64,000 bases of DNA. It comes from the human T2T-CHM13v2.0 reference genome, Homo sapiens. Made by a program: the position numbers and the translations under genes. Each line of letters starts with the position of its first letter. The stretch's first letter is position 1. The stretch is taken from NCBI RefSeq assembly GCF_009914755.1, contig NC_060940.1; one strand, 5' to 3'. The notes beneath the pieces are model-generated. The model was not told the DNA's origin, did not search any database, and saw only the letters and a list, made by a program, of their open reading frames with translations. Below, in pieces: positions 57,011 through 64,000 of the stretch.

Positions 57011-57334
57011 CTGATGAGCGTGAGAGGTATCATTTGTTGCAGTGATGTGAAATGTATGTTTCTGGGAATGAATGGGAGACTCGGATTGTAATGTAGCCCT
57101 CTTGACAACCATAGCCAGCAGTCAAAATTTGTTATTTTGTTATTTCCTTCTTTTTATCTCAAGAGAGGAAACATTCATTCAATGTGATTAGTGACTGTTG
57201 AGGGGCTTAACACCATAATAACTAATTCACTGAGCATTTACTATGTGATATGAGGATAGTTTATATGTATTGCCCTCATGTAATCCTTACATTCTCTCAG
57301 TTAAGTTTCACCACGTAGAAATTAAAATGCAGCT

Positions 57335-57628
<294 letters not shown>

Positions 57629-57966
57629 TTAAAGTGTATTTAAGGTGCAAGAGGTTAAATTGCTTCCCCATGGTCACTCACACAGGTAGGACGTGGCAGA
57701 GCTGGGATTTGAACCCAGACAGTCTGACACCAGAGTCCAGACTCTTGCCTGCAGAAACTGCTGTGCTAGGGAATTTGATCCAAGGGTTCCTGAAAAGTCT
57801 TCCAATCAGCTCCACCCTCCTCCCTCTCTCTAGGAACTTAGGCTCCTTTCTGCCAGCAGCCTTTCTCTGGAAGGCAGGAAACTGCAATCTTAGCTATCAT
57901 AAACAATTCTGTTTATTTAGCTTCGGGCATAAAGGTCAAGTGTTAAAATGCTTTAATGTCTCCTAC

Positions 57967-58051
57967 CACTGTTTGCATCTCCCTTGGCTAAGTGATTGCC
58001 ATCTCCAAATCGACTCCTTCCCTCCAGCAGGATCTTGTGACTAGGCCACAG
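57967..58051 (-). pseudogene. Relic exon E4 (85 nt): CGLVTRSCWREGVDLEMAIT*PREMQTV (alternative frame LWPSHKILLEGRSRFGDG...)
   Basis: Acceptor ccccctgctctctctgcaag|, donor GTG|GTAGGA. Confidence 0.5.
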
Positions 58052-59216
58052 CTTGCAGAGAGAGCAGGGGGCGGCAGAACGGTATAGATGGTAATGACCT
58101 CCCAGGCAGGTGGGACTGGTTGTGGTGAGTTCCGGGGGAAAGTGCAGATAGCGTCAGTGGGATGGGGAGCTTCAGGGTGTCTCAGGATCCTGCAGGAGGC
58201 CGAATTCTCGCTCTGGCCCTGGGCAGACAGCAGACCTGAGAGCTGTTCACAGTTTTTATTGGCTACCTGTGGGGCAATGAGCAGTGATCCTCCGCATTCT
58301 CAGAAGTTAAGTAGAGAAAATTGGACTTCTTGAGTATTTCCCAGAGTTGAGGGGTCTGCTTGGTGACTTTGGAGGGGATTTGTGATAATTTTAGGTAAGA
58401 CACTGAGCAGGCATTAGACAACATTAATTAATATCATGAGGAGGTTTCATTCCCTCTTAGTGCTTCTGGTGGCCTGAAAGAGCAAATAGCAGGTAGGTGT
58501 GTGTGCGTCTGTGAATGGGTGTGTTTAATGCCTCTTAAATCCTTCTAATGTCCCCTTTTAGCACCAGAGGGAGCAGACCTCAGGCTCAGACACTTTGTCG
58601 GGCAACGCTGTCGTCCTGCCATTTCACATGGTTTTGTTTACACTGGGCTTGCTTTTTATAACTACCTTCTATGTGCCACAAGTAGGGTTTCCATTTCTGG
58701 AAGTGATGTGGAGTTTCAGAAGTCAGAGTGCGATCTGCAGACCCACAGCCTGCCTCCCTGGGAGCTCACGGAAAATGCGCATCAGACTCCACCCCAGGCT
58801 ACGTTCCTCTTGACAGGATGCTCAGTGGGTCCTACACCTTTGATATCAGTTTGGGAGCTACCGATACAGATTTCCCTTTTTAGCATCAATAATTAAGTAA
58901 AAGACATTGGGTGACTTAGGGAAACATATGATTAAATAATAGTACAGGCTCTGCGCCTTGGCAGCAGCAATGTGAAGGGTCAACAGGAAAGACAGGGATT
59001 GGAGGAGGGCTGGGCTGGATCTTTGGGGTATTATGGAGAGCTGGCATCTACAAATGTTCTGGAGCCCTAGCCCCTGGGGACACAGGTTCTGTGGGTCTGG
59101 GGTGATGCTCTGGAATCTGTATTTGGAAAAACAAACTTCCCAGATAATGCTAATGTTTAATGAGGCATGGAAACTATTGGATTAGATTATTTCTTTCCTT
59201 CTGAAGTTGTGTGATG

Positions 59217-59521
59217 TTTTATTTTATTATTTTATTTTTGAGATGGAGTCTCATTCTGTCACCCAGGCTGGACTGAAGTGGCACCATCTCAGCTCACTGC
59301 AGCCTCCGCCTCCCAGGCTCAGGTGATTCTCCTGCTTCAGCCTCATGAGTAGCTGGGATTATAGGTGCCCACTATCAGGCTGGGCCAATTTTTATATTTT
59401 TAGTAGAGATGGGGTTTCACCATATTGGTCAGTCTGGTCTTGAACTCCTGACCTCGAGTGGTCCACCTGCCTCACCCTCCCAAATTACTGGGATTGTAGG
59501 TGTGAGCCGCTGTGCCCGGCC
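59217..59521 (-). mobile_element. AluS
   Basis: TSD gtgtgatgtttt. Confidence 0.93.
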
Positions 59522-59537
59522 GTGTGATGTTTTAAAA

Positions 59538-59737
59538 CGGTGGTCCTCAACTAGATGCCCCTGAACGGACGTTTGACAATGTGCATGGGATATTTTTGGC
59601 TGTCAGAATAGGGGAGCTGCTACTTGTGTTTAGCGGGCGGAGGCCAGGCAGGCCGGTAAACATCCCATAGTGCACCCCCTCACCACAAAGAACTATGCAG
59701 TCCCAAAGGTCAGTGGTGCCAAGAATGAAAAACGCTT
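59538..59737 (+). mobile_element. MER20
   Basis: cggtggtcctcaac...cacaaagaactatgcagtcccaaaggtcagtggtgccaag. Confidence 0.75.
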
Positions 59738-60023
59738 ATCTAAAGGGTGTTTCTGTTATCCAAGGAGTCTATGCAGATTGAGGAGTCTGTCAAAAGGCCA
59801 GGACACATCTCTGCTCCAGATCCAGCAGTTGCCATCTCATGGGGCACAGGGCCAGAAGCCTTATAATGGCCTGTCAGCTTCTGTGGCATGTGGTCCCATT
59901 GACCCTCTGACTGCATCTCACCCTACTACCTTTACCCAAGCATGCTGAGAACCAGCTACATTGCCGCCAAGTTGTTTCTGGAATAGTCCAGGGATGTTCC
60001 CACCATAGGGCCTTTGCACATGA

Positions 60024-60328
60024 ATTTTTTTTTTTCTTTTTTTTGAGATGGAGTCTCGCTCTGTTGCACAGGCTGGAGTGCAGTGGTTTGATCTGGGCTC
60101 ACTGCAACCTCCGCCTTCTGGGTTCAAGCAGTTTTCCCTTCCTCAGCCTCCCAAGTAGCTGGGATTACAGGCACCCACCACCACACCCAGCTAATTTTTG
60201 TATTTTTTAGTAGAGAAGGGGTTTCGCCATGTTGGTCAGGCTGGTCTTGAACTCCTGACCTCAGGTGATCCGCCTTCCCCAGCCTCCCAAAGTGCTGGGA
60301 TTACAGGCGTGAGCCACTGTGCCCAGCC
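60024..60328 (-). mobile_element. AluSx within L2 fragments (about 59800-60690)
   Basis: TSD gcacatga; flanks agggcctttgcaca... and ...tgaatgaatg. Confidence 0.92.
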
Positions 60329-61421
60329 TGCACATGATTTTTTAAAAGCCCTCTCATACCTAGAATGCTCATCCATATGGCTCTATCCATTTTCTTCAAG
60401 TGGGCTCCTGCTGAAATCTCATCTCACCACTGAGGACGTTCCTGACCATCTTGACTAATAAGCAGCCCCCTTGTCATCTCTCTTTCTCCTTACTGTGCTG
60501 TGTTTTCCTTACAGAACTTACTAGAAATAGATGGTTACTTCCCATTTCTCTCTACTAGAACGTAAATACCTGGAATGTGGAGCCTTTGCTGTGTTCACTA
60601 TTATATCTGTTATGTCTCAAGATGTAGCAGTGTCTGGCAGATGAATGCTTTAATGAATCATGAGTGAATGAATGGGTGAGTACATGAATACCTGAATTAT
60701 AGTCCCAGATGTACCATTGTCCAGTTACCACTCCCTCTCTGCCTCAGTTTCCTCCTCTGTCAGGTAAGAGGGTCACACAGACCGCCTCTAAGTCATCCCA
60801 GCGCTGATGTCTGCAGCTCTGACTCAAGAGTGAGTGCGACTTCACTTCTCACCTGCATCTCCGTCTCTCCAATTAACTCCCTGCATTCTCCCAGCTCTGC
60901 GTCCCTGCCCCCCATTACCCCAGATGCCTCCTGTCAGAGCTGAGAGGCCACGGGGAATTAGGGATGTCAGAAATCCTCAGAAAGTGGCAGATCCATTGTG
61001 TGCGCCACTGAATTGGGTAATTAGGGAGGGTGGCACTTGAGTCGTTTTAAAAGCTTAGTGGGTGGGGAGGAGAAAATATTCCCTGACAGCTCCTGCACAT
61101 CCACTTAGACGTGGAGCTTCTCCGCGGACAAATCTAGTTTTGTCACTGAATAGTGCTTTATCGGTCTCCCAAGGAGTGTGTGAAGGAAAGGAGATAAGGG
61201 CTGGGGCCCTGGCACTGACTGATGGAACCTTCCAGTGAAGAGAGGGGTACGGTGGGGTAGGCGGGGAAAAACCGCACAGCCCAGTTCGGGGATCACCACT
61301 CCGTGGTGCAGGAAACGCTAGCACCCTGGGCAGGAGGATGGCTCAGGTGCTCAGGAAGCGTGGTCCTTGTTTTTTGAAACCAACTTCATTTCTGACTCTC
61401 GTTGTTATTCTGTAACTCAAC

Positions 61422-61518
61422 CTCCATCCTGCTTGGGGCTTCCCCACACCCAAGAGAGCATCGAGTTGGAATTAGATTGGATTTGATTGTTTCTTCCACT
61501 CCTGGAGTCATGAGTATT
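61422..61518 (-). pseudogene. Relic exon E3 (about 97 nt): ILMTPGVEETIKSNLIP...
   Basis: Acceptor actgttcag|, degenerate donor GAG|GTTGAGT; phase-2 start matches the end of E2. Confidence 0.5.
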
Positions 61519-61582
61519 CTGAACAGTGATTTTTAACAGGGCCAGGCTGTCGGGGGGTGTCAGGTCTGGCTGTTCAGGCGTT

Positions 61583-62034
61583 CTTCCCTCCCTCCCTCCC
61601 TCCCTGCCTTCCTTCTTTCCTCCTCCTCCTCCTTCCCTACCCCTCCTCGTTCTCCTCCTCCTCCTCTTCCTCCTCCTCCCCCTCCTCCTCCCCCTCCTCC
61701 TCCCCCTCCTCCTCCTCCTCTTCCTCCTCTTCTTCTTCTTCCTTCTTCCTCTTCTTCTTCCTCCCCCATTCTTCTTCTTCTCCTTCCTCCTTTTCTTCCT
61801 TCTTCCTTCTTCTTCCTCCTCTTCTTCCTCCCCCTCCTTCTCCCTCCCACTCCCCCTCCTCCTCCTCCCTCCCACTCCCCCTCCTCCTCCTCTCCTTCCC
61901 CTCCCCCTCCTCCTCCTCTCCTTCCCCTCCCCCTCCTCCTCCTCTCCTTCCCCTCCCCCTCCTCCTCCTCCCCTTCCCCTCCCCCTCCTCCTCTCCTTCC
62001 CCTCCCCCTTCTTCTTCTCTTCCTCTTCCTCCTC
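61583..62034 (+). repeat. Polypyrimidine (CCT/CTT/CCCCT) tract
   Basis: About 450 bp almost entirely C/T. Confidence 0.97.
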
Positions 62035-62442
62035 ATGGAACCAGGAGCAATAAAAGTCCCTATTTCTTTTCTGCTGCCTAAATACACGTTACCTCTCTCC
62101 ATATTGGGGCTTATGCTTTTAGAGACAAAGGACAGGTAAGAAAGTCTTTGCAGTAACCGACTTTTCTAAAGCAATGAACTACTTGAATAGAGGAAGCAAA
62201 GAAGGAAAACTGCAGGGAGAAGAGGAACGCATCAATTAATTTACCAAATTATTATCCAGCCATAGTTATCCCAGTGAACTGTCAAGTCCTGAGCATTGTC
62301 TGTGTGGCAGCTGCTATGCAAAAGGTTTCATTGACAGGAATTACTTACCTAACCCTTGGAACAATCTTATGAGAGAATAGTAACTGCACATTCTGGTATT
62401 ATCTTACCATGGGTCTGCACAGGGCTAAGTGCTTTACCTGTA

Positions 62443-62753
62443 CAGGCATAGCTCTCTTAACAATGGGGACACATTCTGAGAAGTGCATCGTTAGGGAATG
62501 TTGTCATTATGGGAACATCACAGAAGGCACTTAACGCAAACCTAGATGGTATAGCCTCCTGCCCACCTAGGCGGTATGTTCTGGCCTTTTGCTCCTAGGC
62601 TACAAACTTATATGGCGTTTTTCTGTACTGAATACTGTAGGCAGTTGGAACACAGTGGTCACATTTGTGAATCAAAACACACCTAAACATAGAAAAGGTA
62701 CAGTAAAAAGACAGAATAAAAATGGTACACCTGTATAGGGCAACTCCATTATA

Positions 62754-62790
<37 letters not shown>

Positions 62791-63165
62791 TTGAGACAGA
62801 GTTTCACTCTGTCGCCCAGGCTGGAGTGCAGTAGTAGTGCGATCTTGGCTCACTTCCACCTCCGCTTCCCGGGTTCACACCATTCTCCTGTCTCAGCCTC
62901 CTGAGTAGCCAGGACTACAGGCACCCGCCACCATACCCGGCTCATATATATATATTTTTATTTTTAGTAGAGGCGGGGTTTCACCGTGTTAGCCAGGATG
63001 GTCTCGATCTCCTGACCTCGTGATCCATCCCCCTCGGCCTCCCAAAGTGGTGGGATTACAGGCATGAGTCACCATGTCCGGCCAACTCCATCATAATCTT
63101 ATGGGGCCATTGTCAATGGATGCCATCCATCCTTGGTGAGAAACTCATTCTGCAGTTCAGGACTG
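62443..63165 (+). mobile_element. Tigger3-family MITE split by an AluY (62750-63083, -)
   Basis: TA|CAG...CTG|TA ends; ttctgagaagtgcatcgttagg; Alu TSD caactccat. Confidence 0.85.
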
Positions 63166-63294
63166 TATTAATTCAGTCCCTTCTCTCCACAATCCTGTAA
63201 GGTATAATAGTTGCTATTATGATTCCCATTTTACGGATGAAGAAATGAGGCACAGAGGAGTTAAGTGATGGGCCCAAAGCCACAGAAGCTGGTA

Positions 63295-63334
63295 TTAGGT
63301 TGGTGTAAAAGTAATTACTTTTGCACCCATCTAA
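63295..63334. mobile_element. Internally deleted MADE1 (Hsmar1 MITE) inside a MIR
   Basis: TA-TTAGGTTGGTGTAAAAGTAATTACTTTTGCACCCATCTAA-TA. Confidence 0.9.
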
Positions 63335-63516
63335 TAGCAGAGGGAAGGTTCAAACCCAGGCAGCCAGCTCCAAGGCTAGAAGCCAGGACTGCCCCAGCAG
63401 CCCCCAGGGGAGGGGGAGCACCTGCCTTTTCTGGGACATTCCTAGTAGTACTCTTCCTCCATCTTGCCATTTGGGAAGGTGTTTGTGACTTTTAGGCAGT
63501 TGCACACGCATGGTAC

Positions 63517-63566
63517 CTGGAGGCAGGCTGCCCCCAAAGACAAGAATCCAGTGTGTCCTCAGTGAC
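63517..63566 (-). pseudogene. Relic exon E2 (50 nt): VTEDTLDSCLWGQPASR
   Basis: Acceptor ttttctccatcacactgctgcag|, donor CAG|GTACCA; 108-nt intron from E1; phase 0 to 2, open. Confidence 0.55.
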
Positions 63567-63674
63567 CTGCAGCAGTGTGATGGAGAAAATGAAACATCTG
63601 GCTGCCTCTGGGGGCGCACAGAAAGGCCAGGTGCTCTACAACCCAAGCAATAATGGCTTGGCCATCACACTTAC

Positions 63675-63765
63675 GTTTGAGAAGAATGAGGCCAAGGCAA
63701 ACCGGTGCTACTTTTCATCTTTTCATATGGACTTAGGAATCCATTAGTATCCACCCGTATACCAT
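63675..63765 (-). pseudogene. Relic exon E1 (91 nt): WYTGGY*WIPKSI*KDEK*HRFALASFFSN
   Basis: Acceptor tgtctctctag|, donor AAC|GTAAGT; ends in phase 0; three stops, each one C>T from a sense codon. Confidence 0.6.
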
Positions 63766-63834
63766 CTAGAGAGACATTTATTTTATAGAAACAATAGCAC
63801 TTTTTTGGGTACCCAAAATTCCTCTTTATTTTCT

Positions 63835-64000
63835 ATTGATTTTTTTCTTTACTTTTTTTTTTTTTGTTTTCCAGACAGGGTCTCGCTCTTGTTACCCAGG
63901 CTGGGTGCAGTGGTGTAATCTTGGCAGATCTTGCAACCTCTGCCTCCCAGGTTCAAGCCATTCTCCTGCCTCAGCCTCCCAGGTAGCTGGGTTTACAGGC
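63835..64000 (-). mobile_element. Alu (cut by the window end)
   Basis: Poly-T plus right arm. Confidence 0.9.

Noticed and set aside
58061-58074. CTCF-like AGAGCAGGGGGCGG
   Set aside because: It lacks the 5' CC and is better explained as the pyrimidine tract of the E4 acceptor on the minus strand.
61417-62102. 150-180 aa poly-Arg/Glu/Pro/Ser ORFs
   Set aside because: They are artefacts of the C/T tract.

Overview
Primate, very probably human, genomic DNA that is dense in repeats. I counted about 31 Alus by eye, plus old L1 3' fragments, MIR/L2, many solo LTRs (THE1, MST, MLT1, MLT2, LTR8B, LTR22, MER21), DNA-transposon MITEs (MER5, MER20, MER53, MER58A, MER91, Tigger3, MADE1) and several simple repeats. 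I recognise no intact known gene, rRNA, tRNA or CRISPR array, and most listed ORFs are repeat artefacts. The main unexplained signal is on the minus strand between about 43.6 and 63.8 kb: at least 13 short unique segments flanked by splice signals, with largely compatible splice phases. They translate into protein-like sequence with two hydrophobic stretches, but carry C>T-type stops, probable frameshifts and a decayed donor. I read this as a decayed multi-exon (unprocessed, possibly unitary) pseudogene whose family I cannot name, and its 5' part probably lies beyond the window end. Other notable items are a 28-bp-stem hairpin in unique DNA, two solo LTRs sharing a triplicated target site, several templated-insertion scars and candidate enhancers. 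Repeat subfamily calls come from my recall of consensus sequences, not from a search.
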